Shown: positions 12,790-25,249 of the stretch, piece by piece
Position numbering within the stretch: position 1 is the first letter of the stretch
Layout: the number at the start of each line of letters is the position of its first letter
Origin: Chara braunii
Taxonomy: Eukaryota; Plantae; Charophyceae
Reading direction: 5' to 3'
Assembly: GCA_003427395.1 (NCBI GenBank)
Contig: BFEA01000021.1
Location: 2,900,073-2,964,072, forward strand
DNA: 64,000 nucleotides
The notes under the pieces: generated by a model
What the model was told of the DNA's origin: nothing
Seen by the model: only the letters and a program-made list of their open reading frames with translations
Database searches by the model: none
Position numbers and translations under genes: made by a program

Positions 12790-14595
12790 NTTTTTTTTTT
12801 TTTAACCATTAAAAATTGCGATGAAAAAAAAAAACATTCCCGTCCTCGATCTCTTCCTCCTCGTTCTCCCCTTGCTGTTTGTTTTATTTTTCCTCCTCCC
12901 TCCTTGTCCTCCGTCGCCACGGCCCATTCCTCCTCCTCCTCCTCCTTCTACATGACCTTCATGTAACCAAATATCAACTAATACCATATGTGCTTTCACT
13001 GCACAAGATGCAAAAAAAAAATCCATAGCAATATTTGGCCCCTTTTTTCCTTTTTTTTTTTTTTTTTGATCATAATGGGCTGAATTGTTTTGGGGGCATC
13101 CCCTAATGGTGCGCAAAACCCACCATTTTTTTTCCCCTTTTTCCCTTTTATTTTTTTCGCCAAAAAATTGTTGTTGGGGATCCCGAACAACTCGTCCGGG
13201 GGAGATGTTTCTTGATCAAACAGTTGGCAGCCCGCATGCAGAAATTTGGAAGAATAAAACATCTAAAGTCAAAAAGGAGAAAAATCAGTTTTCAAAATTA
13301 TCTCACCGCTCCCTTATCCGAAACAATAGACATGGTTTACCATGTGCCCGTCTTTTTAGGTCCATCCTTGAAGTTACTATCAAAATCAGGTCTCGATCGC
13401 CGTACGATCTATTTGGTCAGGGCTGTGTCCCATAATTCAGGAATCACACCATCGCGATCTTACATTTTCACACTCCCGAGCCAGCTTGAGATGGTGTGGT
13501 AGGATTCGAGAGAGTCGCCCCGCAATCCAGGTCTGCACCCTACGTACACTTGATAATTCCTTGTCTTATAGAAATGCATACAACTTAAAATCTGTATTGC
13601 CAAACCTTTGCAACATCCTTATAAGCGATAAGAAATAACCGTTCGCATTTCATTTTGTGTGTTCTCGTTTTGTTGACGGGACGCGATGCAAGGAACAAAA
13701 TGTCAATCGACTATGCGAGTAAAATTTTGAACACGCAACAGCTAGTTAAAGGCACTTGGCTCACATGCATTAGGGGACCCATTATGCAGATGAGTGTCAT
13801 CCGGCCGGTTGGGTGATGTGCCAGGACCCATCATGCAGTTGAGTGTCATCCGGCCACTCTGTCTCATCCTTTTCGTAAACCTAATCCACCACGTCCGAGA
13901 AGGATGCACCAGCTCCCAAAACTTCAGATAGGCATAGGGAAAATAATAATCATCGTAATAATATAATGACACTTGGACGAAAAGAAAATGATAGAAAATC
14001 TATGGGGAAAAAAGGATAAACCTGATCATTATAAGCACGTTAAAACTCACTTTTCATGATGGAGACCTCTTTGCCATCTCTGGTAGCAAGAGCATCCCCA
14101 TAACAATCAGCCGTACATGGATCACTCGAGCTTCACTATCCAAAACCAAGCTAACTTGGGGCCAGGTCCACCCCCTATTGACGCAGGAGGGCTGCACTCT
14201 CGCTCAGAGGAAGGACTAGCAGGGTACTAATATTCTAGTCTCTAGATAAACAAGACTGGATTGAAAAGTCAACAATCCTTCACTCTGCATAGATAAACCT
14301 GGCCAATCACTTACCTCAAGCGAACCGCACCACGGAGGGTCGGGCTGTCCGGCATATAAAGTGGGTGGAGTCTCGCATGCTCTTAGAAGGGTGCTTCAGA
14401 TAGGGTTCCCTGTACGGAGAAGAAAAGGGGAAAAAAAATCATTAAGTTAAGCCACATGGCAGGTTTGATTCCCCCCTGCAACACCCCCACACCCAAGCAG
14501 ATGAAAACTACAAATCCCACAACAAAAAACAGACAAATTGACAAAGAAGAAGAGAGAAGGAAAAAAGCAAGCAAGTTAAAATGTTCCATGTTGGA

Positions 14596-14635
<40 letters not shown>

Positions 14636-17449
14636 ATATTTGCTATAAACTCAAAAAAAAAATTAGTCGTACTTTCACAACTCATCAGGGCGTTGCCAAT
14701 CAACAAAACGAGAACATACAATACAAAATGAAAAACAAATGGTTATTTCAAACTGCCTATATGAACGCTGCATTTAAAATGCAGCCACTCCTATGATGCA
14801 AGGAAATATTCACTGCACCCAAGTCGCAAATCTCGATCGCAAGGTGGCTCACTCTGGCACACCATCTCAAGCTGGACCAGGCCAAGAATGTGAGCTACAC
14901 ATGCGTGGTATGCCTAGTGATAGGTCATGCCTGAAAGCAGCACGTGAAGTCGGAGAACGGCTTTGATGAAGCAGAAGGTTAGGGTTAGGATAACGAACTT
15001 GATACGTGAAGTCAGTCCCATACCGGGTAATACCTTACTGTCAGCTTGAGATGGTGTGGCAGAGTTGGAGCCGCCCTGCAATCCGAGATCTGCGACCTGG
15101 GCGCACTCAATAATTCCTTGCATCGTGAAATCCATATTGCCAAGGCTCTGCAGCATCCATATAATCCCGACAATCTGCCCAGGACGCCTTTGACCAACGG
15201 ATGGATAAGGATTCACCACATCGCCCAGAGTTAGCAATAGCCATGAGAAAAGTGGTAGACTCTACTCAGAACAACCCTGCAATCCTAGCGGACTGTCGGT
15301 CCAAAGCCCTAACAAGAACAACAGTAAAAGTACGAGAACCTAATCTAACAAGAGTCATAAAACCCACCCTACACACCCACAGAGCCATGGACATCCAATG
15401 GCATGACCGCTACTATGGTCTCGACCCTCGCCACATCAATCCTCCTGAACACAGAGCCTAATGTGTGTGGAACTGCATGAACAACACAAGAAAACAAAAC
15501 AAAAGACAGCAACAAAACAGGACGGACTCGTCAGACCTACCCACATGCCAGGATCTGACAACCCTCTCTCTACACGCAGGTCAGCCGTATTGTTCCACGT
15601 CCACCATCTGGCGGACGTCGCATCAGTTGGCTGCAATTTCAGCGCGGTCTCCGTGCGTTAACACAAATATGACAACACAATCAATCATTTTTATATTTTC
15701 TTACTTGTACTTTCTCCTCGTACTGTTGTGTCCCCAGTGCCAAACAGTCCGTCCTGCCTCATTTTCGGTGGCTGGACCGCTCCGATTTTCTGCAGATGAT
15801 GACACATCTTCGCCTGATTCCGTGGCTCAGCAGGCGGTGGGATCCAGACACTGCAGTCTGCGGGATCCACTTCCGATGTATGTGATCTGCCACATTGTTC
15901 CGTGTGCCTCATCAGCAGTCCACCACCGCCGTGCTGCCCATCCGTTCACTGTCTGGTGCGGATGAGGTGGTGGCGTTACCTCCGTCTTTGCTGCCCATCC
16001 GCATGCCATACCTTCCGCCTGCCTTGCTTGGCTGCCATGCAGTTTGGCTGATTCTTCACGGTGCAGTCGCCGTGCTGCTGCTCCGCTTGCCCTGTTGTTC
16101 CTAGTGGTTTTTGGCGTGTGCAGTCGTGTTGCCTCGGCTGCGTTGCCTGGTGCTCCGCCAAGTCGCTGTCCACTGCTATGTACAGCTTGAGGACAGTCTG
16201 CCTTCAACATGGGTCAAGGGGCTCATGAGCCAAACGACAGGAGGTGAGTTTGCCAACTTGGGTGTCTCCAACCACGTGGTAGACAAAATGAGTCGCGCTC
16301 ATCTCTCTTCGACTACGGGAGCATCTGCTTCGCTATCGCACCAGAGAGAATAAACAGTGCAAAGGGGCAACAATTCATTTGGTAGTCGCGCATAAAATTA
16401 TCAATACGGGCACTCAGCAGTTTGAGAAGTGTTCCACCTCCTGATGAGTCGGTGCAATTCCAACGAAATAATCTCATTTTTTTTCGGTCCTTGCACTTCA
16501 TGTTTTTTTTTGGTCTTTGCAATTCCTGGGTTGTCAACGGTTCTGCCTTGTTTTGTATATAAACTTGTTTAAGATAGTGCTTTACCAAAAAACAAAAAAA
16601 AGGGAGTGTTATACCACCAGTACTTCCTAGAGTCAAACCCATTAATGCGCCACAATTTTAGGGAACGCACGGGCCACTACAGGAGCGCCCAAATTCATCC
16701 AACTAGAAACGTTTCTACTCTATTGTTTTCCGCGGCCGATAGCTGGGCCAAGTACTGGTGCTTAGTACCTTCCGAAGCACTCCTCCGGACCTTTTTTTTT
16801 TCAGGCTACCGAAGCTCTTTGTTTTGGTAGGAGGCAGCTGGTGAAAAACAGTGATACAACGTGCAACCAGTCCTTCGACGTCGGGCGACCAGTCGTGTTT
16901 TTTTTTTGCCCCTTCCCTTCTTTTCTTTTCTTTCTTTCTCTTTTTTTATGCCCTGAGTAAGGGAATTCCCGAGCACGTGTAATAGGAGGAAAGAAACCGA
17001 AGGAAAGAAAAAAGGATACAAATATTTGGCCGTGATAGTGGTCAGATACATGCTGGGATCGTACAAATGTGAATATTCCCTCAGTTAGGGTCTTTCTTGT
17101 GCACGTGGAATGCGCTCTACCTCGTTGACTAGGCACTAACGAAAAAAAAAAGAACAATAGATTTAGCCGTGATTGCGGTCCGATACACATTCTCTACAGT
17201 CCTAGCGTGATTATGATATCAAAGAGTTCGTGGAGCCAAAAACTTCCTGGAGAGGTGGAGAGGCAACATCTTCACACAAAGAATTCAGGACGACCAAAAA
17301 CTTGCATAGGACAAATAACAAGTCTGGATTCAAACCAAGATCAAAGAAGTCCTGGAGAGATGGAGAGACACAACATCTTCACACAAAGAAGCCAAAAACA
17401 GTTCGCAAGAGGAAAACGAAGGGAATCAATACAAATGAAAACTTCCTAA

Positions 17450-18350
17450 AAGATACACATTCTCACACAGGAGATGAGATTCCAACAAAAGCTCACATTT
17501 CCCGCCGATTTACAAAGCTCTGAATATAGGCTCTCATAGCTGTCACACATCCTCCGTGCACACACACACCATAAAATACTCTCGCAAAAACAATGCTGCC
17601 CTGTCAGAGAGCATGGTCAGGTGGTAGATAGGCCACCAAAAGCCCAAAGACTGCCACTCACAAAGTGCTGCCACACGGCACTCCTAGCCGCCCTTCATTG
17701 GCCCTTCTTCCTCTTCTCTACCTTTCCTACCAAATCAATGGAGTTTCTCAATTGATCGAGGACATCTCACCACAGAAGAAGGGAGGACTAATGCAGATTT
17801 GATTTGTAGGCTTTCACCTGAATCATTCATACTGCTCACTTCCACATGGAAATCCCGATACCCCTAGACACTCTCCTCCCTAGTACTCCTCACCCCCCCG
17901 CCCCATCATTCATATGAAGAAACACAACTGTCCATCCAGTGCACCAGCTCATGTGAGAACACAATATAACTCCCATCATTCATCCGAAGAAACACACAAC
18001 CTACGGAAAGCAAACCTCCCGAATTTCAAATCCCATTCCCGTGTTCCTTTCTGGGAAGTCTAATTCTTAACAGAACTCTAAACATGTAGGACTGCTCCCT
18101 TCAAGGCTGCTGTCCGATTACCAAGACCCACAATACCATCATTTGAAGGGTGCACGATCATTTACTTTCCCACCGAGCTGGTGATCCACATCCCCATCAT
18201 GCCCGGTGTGTCACCCCTATTGTCGTCACCTTCTTACTCTCAGTGAAGCACACCCTACAATGCTCCATTAACATCTCCTCCTCCTCCAGGCTCCGAACAT
18301 TCTTCAAGCTGAAATCAATGCACCCTACCAAAACGTATACCAGCACTGAA
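17450..18350 (-). mobile_element. Possible highly decayed LINE APE-endonuclease remnant
   Basis: KNVRSL...VCFTESK resembles the NVRGL...LQETK motifs, and a later VAYLPP resembles IYAP. There are many stops. Confidence 0.3.
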
Positions 18351-19544
18351 AACTGGGATACATGGCCAGTGTTCCTTCCATGCGTGTGCTTCTCAGCCAG
18401 ATCCACCTTCAAGCATGTTAGCTGCAGTTCGGCAGCCACGACGGGTTAGCTACAGGTCGGCAGCCACAGCATACCAGCACTGGAAAGGACGTCAAACCCA
18501 GAGACAGCGCCTCCCATAAGCGAACTCGGATCCTGTTCCCCTTGACATCAAGACAGGTCAGCTGCAGTTTAGCAGCCATCCTCAGCACCCAGAAAACACA
18601 TCCCTGTTACGCCTTGATAGACAGCAATATGACTATCACCGGACGAGTCCTCCCCCGCTCGGTAAACTCTCGTGTCCACACAAACTCCTCTCCCCTCCCC
18701 TCACCCACAAACTTCACTAGCAATAACCAGTGCACGACTTCAACTATCGAAAAACAATGCATGACCAGAGATATCACAGGATGATTTCCTGCAAGTTCAC
18801 AAGCACAACATTGTCCACATTGCCTTCCGCACCCACTACTGGAGTCTAACCTGCCCACTGCCACTCCCACCACTGGAACGCCACCCTGGCCACCGCCACA
18901 CCTAGGGTAAATACTCGTATTCGGATCCGGCATCGGAGTATGGCATGGGAGTGCTTTCATAACGGTGAACCTGCAGCACCTATATTGTCCGCAGCAAGAC
19001 TTTACCCAAGGGAGAGAGTAGGTGGCAGCAGCAAACTACAGCAGTACACTTCTACCAATAGGATTGTCGGATTGCCACACCACCAAAACCTTCTTTGATG
19101 CTTTCTCCTGCAGCATCCACAATCAAAACCCTCAAACGTCAGGCAAATCACTTCATACACAGCTTGGTCTCCACCCTGTCCTTGCAATAATGTCATCATC
19201 ACCATCTCTCAAAAGCCCAAAAGGAAAACCACAATGGTCGTTATTATAGCTGTTCATAGCACATAGCTCAGGAGACACTGCCTGCTGACAGAGCTCTCTG
19301 TTCTTCAAGTCAACCTTGAGCCTCCTCTGGGCAGCAACTGGCAGGAGCTCGATGCACGACACCATGATGAAGGCCACCATAACAGCAGCTTCAATGTGAG
19401 CAAACAAATCCCGAGCACCTTGACCTCAATTCAGCTGCTGCCACACGAAGAGCACATATCGAGCAAGACCATAACACCCGTACAATCAGTCGAGAGGGGA
19501 AACAATACTAAGACACACATCAGACAAAGAATGGGGGAACCGAT

Positions 19545-20001
19545 GCTCTGCAGACTTGCATACGAGACAAAGGAGTAAAACAGTACTCTGCAGACTTGTG
19601 CATTAGACAGAAAGGGTAAAACAGTGCTCTGCAGACTTGTACATTAGACAAGAAGGGGAAAACAATACTCTTGCAGACTTGTGCACTTGTGCATCAGACG
19701 GAAAGGGTGAAACAGTACTCTGCAGACTTGTGCACCAGACAGAAAGGGTAAAACAAGGAGGGTAAAACAGTACTCTGCAGACTTGACCATCAAAAACATA
19801 AAAGGGTAAAACAGTAATTTGCAGACTTGCACATCAGACAGAAAGCATAAAACAATACTGTGCACATTTGCACATCAGACAGAGGAAGGGGAGCAAGAAG
19901 GCNNNNNNNNNNNNNNNNNNNNNNNNNNNNNNNNNNNNNNNNNNNNNNNNNNNNNNNNNNNNNNNNNTTGCACATCAGACAGAGGAAGGGGAGCAAGAAG
20001 G
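19545..20001. repeat. ~37-bp minisatellite
   Basis: aaaacagtactctgcagacttg(t)gcatcagacagaaagggt, about 8-10 degenerate copies, spanning a gap. Confidence 0.85.
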
Positions 20002-20561
20002 CTTCTCTCATTCGTAAACACCAATCCCTACCAGAACAACGAAAAGGAACACGAAAACGAAATGATCAAAGCGAGATTACTGCCATGCATAGTAGTACAC
20101 ACACTGGTTCAATGCAGAACTGAGCATGTTCTGTCCGTCAACTGCCTCAAGCTATCTTCAGCCGCAACGGCCACATCCAGCGCAGGCCTGAATCCGCCCG
20201 GACCAGCCTGCAACCTTTTGGACAGACCTTCCCATTTGGAAAAGAACCATCAACACACGACATAATCGCTCGCTCGACCTTCAACCCCCTCTGCAATCGC
20301 TCGGCCTGTATCTTCCCGGACCAGTCTAAAACCTACCTATGCTGGACCTTAACTACGCATACACGTCCGTCAAAGCCATCATTCGACCTTCAACCCCTCT
20401 GCAATTGCCAGGTGCACGCGAATCATTTCACTTACATTACGTAGGAACCCCGTTAATGATAAGAACGACCGAATAACACAGCTACAACTTTGGAGCCGTG
20501 CTACCTCATCCTCACAAAGCGTATCCATTCTGTGCTACCTCATCCTCGCAAGCGTACACGT

Positions 20562-20591
20562 CTGTCTCTTATACACATCTAGATGTGTATA
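20562..20591. other. Nextera mate-pair junction adapter embedded in the contig
   Basis: ctgtctcttatacacatctagatgtgtata, flanked by duplicated tgtgctacctcatcctcgcaagcgtacacgt. Confidence 0.95.
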
Positions 20592-20945
20592 TCCGTTCTG
20601 TGCTACCTCATCCTCGCAAGCGTACACGTTTCCCTGCTCTTCAGCTGGCACCCTCTCAAGGATCATTCATGAGCGGAATTTCACAGCAGGGAATGGTATC
20701 ACCTCTGGCTTTGGATGTTTACTTCAATCTTCATGTCCCGCACGAAAGCCTCCGGAAGCACGGTATCAGCATTTGTATCGTCCGTCATTGCCTTGCCCAG
20801 CCAGCACACACGTGACGACGTGCCCAACCTACACCAACCTACAATCTGGCAATCGGCAACCCCACTATCACCCCCACAAATCGAGCTTGTGCAGAACACT
20901 GAACAGCACACACTCTCCCTGCATCCCAACAATCTACTACTTGCA

Positions 20946-21911
20946 CTAATCTCTGTGCAACAGACAACAGGTGTCGACAAGCAAACAACACAAACGTATA
21001 GCAGAATATCTCACCTTCAGTCGCTCTGGAGAAAGTAAGTTCAGTTTCATTTCAAAGCATTCCTTGCGTGCAATCCGTGCAGATAGCGTTCCTTGCGTGC
21101 CGTCCACAGAGGCACGCCGCCCTCTGCCTTGTGTGCAATCCGTGGAGGTAGCATTCGTTGTATGCTCTTCACAGAGGCACACAGCCCTCCGCTTTCCACA
21201 CATCGCACCAGGAGAATCATCCCCAGCACAGCGGGAACCGAGAGGTTCCTCGGGCAAGGGAGACTGCCTTCCTCCTTCCACTACCGCAGTAGTCTTTACA
21301 AGTCTTCGCGCCCATAGCACCAGATGGATCTGCTCAGCAGCCACCAGCATGCACGCCTCAGGATGAACTGCATTCCTTTTGGGGGGGAAACCCATAAGAA
21401 ACAGCAGCAATCGTACCATCCATTCGCACCGACGACGTCCACCCCTTCCATCAGTCAATCTCCATGCTTGCCACTCATTCGACCACATACAGAGTGCTGC
21501 TGCTGCAGACGGTGCAGGGTCCGCATTACCACAGGCTGTTTTTATCCAACGACACACCCGGTATTCATTCCCACCCTGAGCTGTCACACAGACCCGACAA
21601 GACAAAGGACGGAGATGGAGGAAGGATAACAACATCGACGAGCCAAAACCACAACAGCAATACGCAAAACAGCTCTCTTTCTCCTGCTGTTCCTCTACCT
21701 CCTCCTCCTCCTCTTTCTCCTTCACCTCTGCTTGCAGCTGGTCCTGCTGCTGTGCCAGTTCATCCTCAGCGGGGTGCACAAGGATGGCCGCGTACCACGG
21801 GAGGGGCGCCGTCATCATAATGGAAGCCGTCACCGTGCATTGTCTGATCTTCAAGATCAGGGCGCCCGACCCGGTGGCACGGAAAGACGACCCGGAGGTC
21901 CACCTCGAGTG
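20946..21911 (-). other. In-frame 321-codon open extension after the eRF1 UGA stop (candidate readthrough region)
   Basis: GAT TGA CAC TCG AGG TGG... reads HSRWTSGSSFRATGSGALI and continues in frame into the 302-aa ORF 20946..21854. The next in-frame stop is TAG at 20946-20948. Confidence 0.6.
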
Positions 21912-22568
21912 TCAATCACTATCTTCGACATCGTCCTCTCTGTCAGAAAATTCGTCGAAGGTCCTCATGTCCACCTGGTACCTCAGCAGGCCACCAATTC
22001 CACCAAACCCCCTACAAAATTGAGACCCCTCTTGTGACCTGTTTGTGACGAATTCCAGCGCACAGCCAAATCGTCTGTACTCTTCCGCAAACCATTCCAA
22101 TAGCGATTTCTTCTCCTGCACCTCCAACTCTGCAGCCGTTTCAGGATCACGGAAGTGGGACTGAACTCCCTCTTGGTCCTTACCCAGGTGCTTGATGATC
22201 AGCTCTCCGGTCACGGCATGCTTCAAAGTGTACCGGTTTATTTCCAGATTTTCCCAGACAATAAGAGTCTCAACGGCTCCCATTTCCAGGGCCTTAAGAG
22301 TGTCATCCACACCGAAGACGTACTTGCCGGTGTCCTGGCTGATTTCCTCGAAGTACTTTGCAATCAGCCTCTTCTCTTGAATAAACTTCACGTTCGACAG
22401 TATCTCCGCAGAGAGCTCGATCGCTTGATTAAACCCGTTCTCACCACCATAGGACACATCGACGACGTTAAGGATCTTTGTCCCGAGCCGCGGATCAAAC
22501 ATGTCCGATTGTGAAAGCTCCGTCTTGAAATCTGCAGACCCCGCCAAGATAAGCCCCGCAATATNCGG
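21912..22568 (-). CDS. eRF1: Eukaryotic peptide chain release factor 1, coding exon 2 (218 aa + TGA)
   Basis: Acceptor ttttgttcAG| then P(N)[26 protein letters not shown]...[12 protein letters not shown]...[19 protein letters not shown]...acidic tail, TGA. Splicing gives the conserved ATSQ|[10 protein letters not shown] junction and 440 aa in total. Intron 22569-27952 is GT-AG. Confidence 0.97.
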   Translation of the reverse strand, partial: PXIAGLILAGSADFKTELSQSDMFDPRLGTKILNVVDVSYGGENGFNQAIELSAEILSNVKFIQEKRLIAKYFEEISQDTGKYVFGVDDTLKALEMGAVETLIVWENLEINRYTLKHAVTGELIIKHLGKDQEGVQSHFRDPETAAELEVQEKKSLLEWFAEEYRRFGCALEFVTNRSQEGSQFCRGFGGIGGLLRYQVDMRTFDEFSDREDDVEDSD

Positions 22569-22991
22569 CTGAACAAAACGACAAACACAAACGNTAAGAA
22601 ANGGAAACAAGAGGGGGGGGGGGGGGGGGGGNAANAAAAANAAAAAGAAACGGAAACGAGGATCACAAGAGAGTATTTTAAACGAAAGGAAATAAAAAAA
22701 GAAATGGAGACGAGTAACCCAAGAGAGCATCCTAAACGAACGAACAGACAGAAACAGACCAAACCAGAATCACAGAGACGGACCAATCTAGCGTCTTCAC
22801 CTGAACAGAACAGCCCAGTCATTATAGCTGTATTCGGGGCAACTTTCAGTCTAGATACAGACAATCACCGGGCGTTCTATTCGGATATATCACAGAGACG
22901 GATCAAACGACTGTGATATGAGGAACGGACGAACCAGAAGAACATTGTAAAAGGGCGGACAGTTCACAAGCAGCACAAGTAGATGGAACGA

Positions 22992-23095
22992 CCATCTTCC
23001 TCGACATAGAACGTCAGGTCATTATCTCTGTATTTAGACTGAAAGTTGCCCCAAATACAGACATAATGACCGTACGTTCTATTCGGGGGAAAACG
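22992..23095. mobile_element. ~105-bp palindromic Tc1/mariner-type MITE (best copy; about 8 copies in window)
   Basis: atagaacgt..ggtcattat..ctgtattt-[agactgaaagttgcccc]-aaatacag..ataatgacc..acgttctat. Other copies are at about 815-931, 3085-3189, 3585-3688, 22792-22886, 23600-23690, 51858-51910 and 57430-57520. CAGT/ACTG termini are seen in some copies. Confidence 0.7.
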
Positions 23096-23951
23096 GGAGT
23101 ATCAAAGACGAGCAGACCAAGCCAAGTAAGCTGGTTAATTCAACAAACGGACATACCACACACGAACATAACAAAGAGTGGAAAGAGTACGCACAAGCCG
23201 AACGTCGTTTTCTCAGTTGAGAACAAAGTGCCGAACCGTTGCGTAACGCGTGGGTATCTACCAAACAGTTTGCGAAAAATCCCAAACAGTGTAGATACTC
23301 AATTTACTGTGACAGTCAAAGCTTTACGCGCTGTTTGATGAGGCCGCGTAGTATTCGGTAGTTGGTTAGGCAAAGAAAGGCTGACCTGATAAAGCAACTA
23401 CCGTCTTCAGACGAACACAAAGCAGCCTTACAGCGAAGATGTACAAACCAAATTTCCGGTCCGATACCGTCATAACGAGGGTGCGTTGTGTTCAGGGGGA
23501 AGATGGCCACAAACGAACCAACNCGATACCGTCATAACGAGGGTGCGTTGTGTTCAGGGGGAAGATGGCCACAAACGAACCAACGTTTCACTGAAGGCAT
23601 ATAAACCAACACGATAATTACGTCCGTATTTAGACTGACATTTCCCCAAGTACAGCTATTGCGAGCGTGCGTTTTTATTCGGGTGAAGGCGGTCACAAAA
23701 GCAGAGCATTTCTCCGACAAGAGACCGCAGCAGGGTTGTCCTCCGCTCCGCAGTCCCGCACAGACGAAAAGACCAGACGGCAACAGAGCATGCTACCTTG
23801 GTAGGACGTGGCAGTGCTTTACAGAAAAGACCATTTTTCAAAATACCGAATTAGTCAAAATTCTGACTGGCTATGAAAAGAGTTTTTTGAACACTCAATT
23901 GAGCGGTAATTTTCATGAGAATTCAACTCATCGCTCGAGGTTTTCTATGGA

Positions 23952-24070
23952 AAATTAACTGCAGCTCCTTTAAATTAACTGCAGCTCCTTTAAATTGACT
24001 GCAGCTCCTTTAAATTAACTTCAGCTCCTTTAAATTAAGTGCAGCTCCTTTAAATTAAGTGCAGCTCCTT
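23952..24070. repeat. 20-bp tandem repeat x6 in the eRF1 intron
   Basis: (taaattaactgcagctcctt)n. Confidence 0.95.
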
Positions 24071-25249
24071 ATCATACGTCGCCACCGAATGTACACGAAG
24101 GTTCTACTGTTAGTCACAGGTTTCTTTTTTTTCTTTCCCACTGATAACAGAAAAAAAAATGAACCTGAAGTGAGCCCTCCAACTCGAAATAAAGATGGCT
24201 AATCGAACCGGAGGAACAACACGAAAAAAAACACCGTAACAACTACTGAAGACGGAAATGAAGATCTTCGGGTAGCCACACTCGGAATGAAAAAGAATTG
24301 CACAAGTACAAAGGTCAGGACCCAATAGAGATTATGAAATTTTCTAGGTGAAGATGAACTCATCTCGCAACCAGGCCTATAGACATAAATGTACTGATTT
24401 CAGAAGTACACGTGCTCGACGAAACATGGCTCGTGTACTGATTTTGTGAAAAGAAGACACATTGACCGAAACATGCCGCGTTCCAATGACGCATGTGTTA
24501 GGAATAAGGACACAGTCAATAGATCGAAAATACAGAATCCCAGAGACTATTCATGGACACCCATCCTATAAATTTCCTGCGTTCGATCCCCGTTCCCGAC
24601 TCTGTTCCTTGCCGTTTTCCTCGAGCTACTAGAAGATTTCTACTCGAAGATTTCTACTAGAAGATTTCTAAAAACGACAAATATCCCCCCGCGTTGCAGA
24701 AAATCGCGAGTTGACACCTCCGGACTCTTTCGGGTTCGAGGCAACTCGCGCGCAAGCTTGGCGCGCAGTGCAGCCCATTCAGCCCCGAGCACAACTCCAC
24801 CTCCCGGATACTACAAGTCCACCTCCGGACCACAACAACAGCTGGCGGCGCCAACCAAAAGAAGAAAAAAAGTGCGTTGCTGGACTCGGAAAAGCTTGGC
24901 GCGCAGTGCAGCCCCTCGAGCCACAGGTGCACTTGTGGTTTGACGACAGTCGAGTGCCACTCTTCCCCCGAATAGAAGCTGACCGCGGTGCGCACTTCGA
25001 AGCGACGAACCGTCGAGCATATTTGAGCTGATCAGCTGTCCAGTATATCTAACGCGAGACCAGATGGTACGTGGACCGTGATACACCCGGCCGCAAGACA
25101 CCTCAACGACAATCGTCAGAGAGCGAGACCTGGTCATGGAGAATCTTCTGATAGCGAGACCACGGTGAATCTTCTGATTGCTTCCCTGAGGGGTGAACAA
25201 CACCCCTTGTGTTACCTGCGCAAAAAAAAAAAAAGAAAAAAAAAAGAGC

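Noticed and set aside
14664-14695. CTGATGAG...GAAA on the minus strand (also ctgatgag at 56737)
   Set aside because: No stem II or stem I pairing, so a chance core match.
20946-21854. The 302-aa ORF as an independent gene
   Set aside because: It has a TTG start, no room for a promoter (57 nt after the eRF1 stop) and no recognisable domain. It is better explained as the in-frame extension or 3'UTR of eRF1.
23462-23583. Exact ~63-bp tandem duplication
   Set aside because: The copies are joined at a single N, typical of a contig-overlap artefact.
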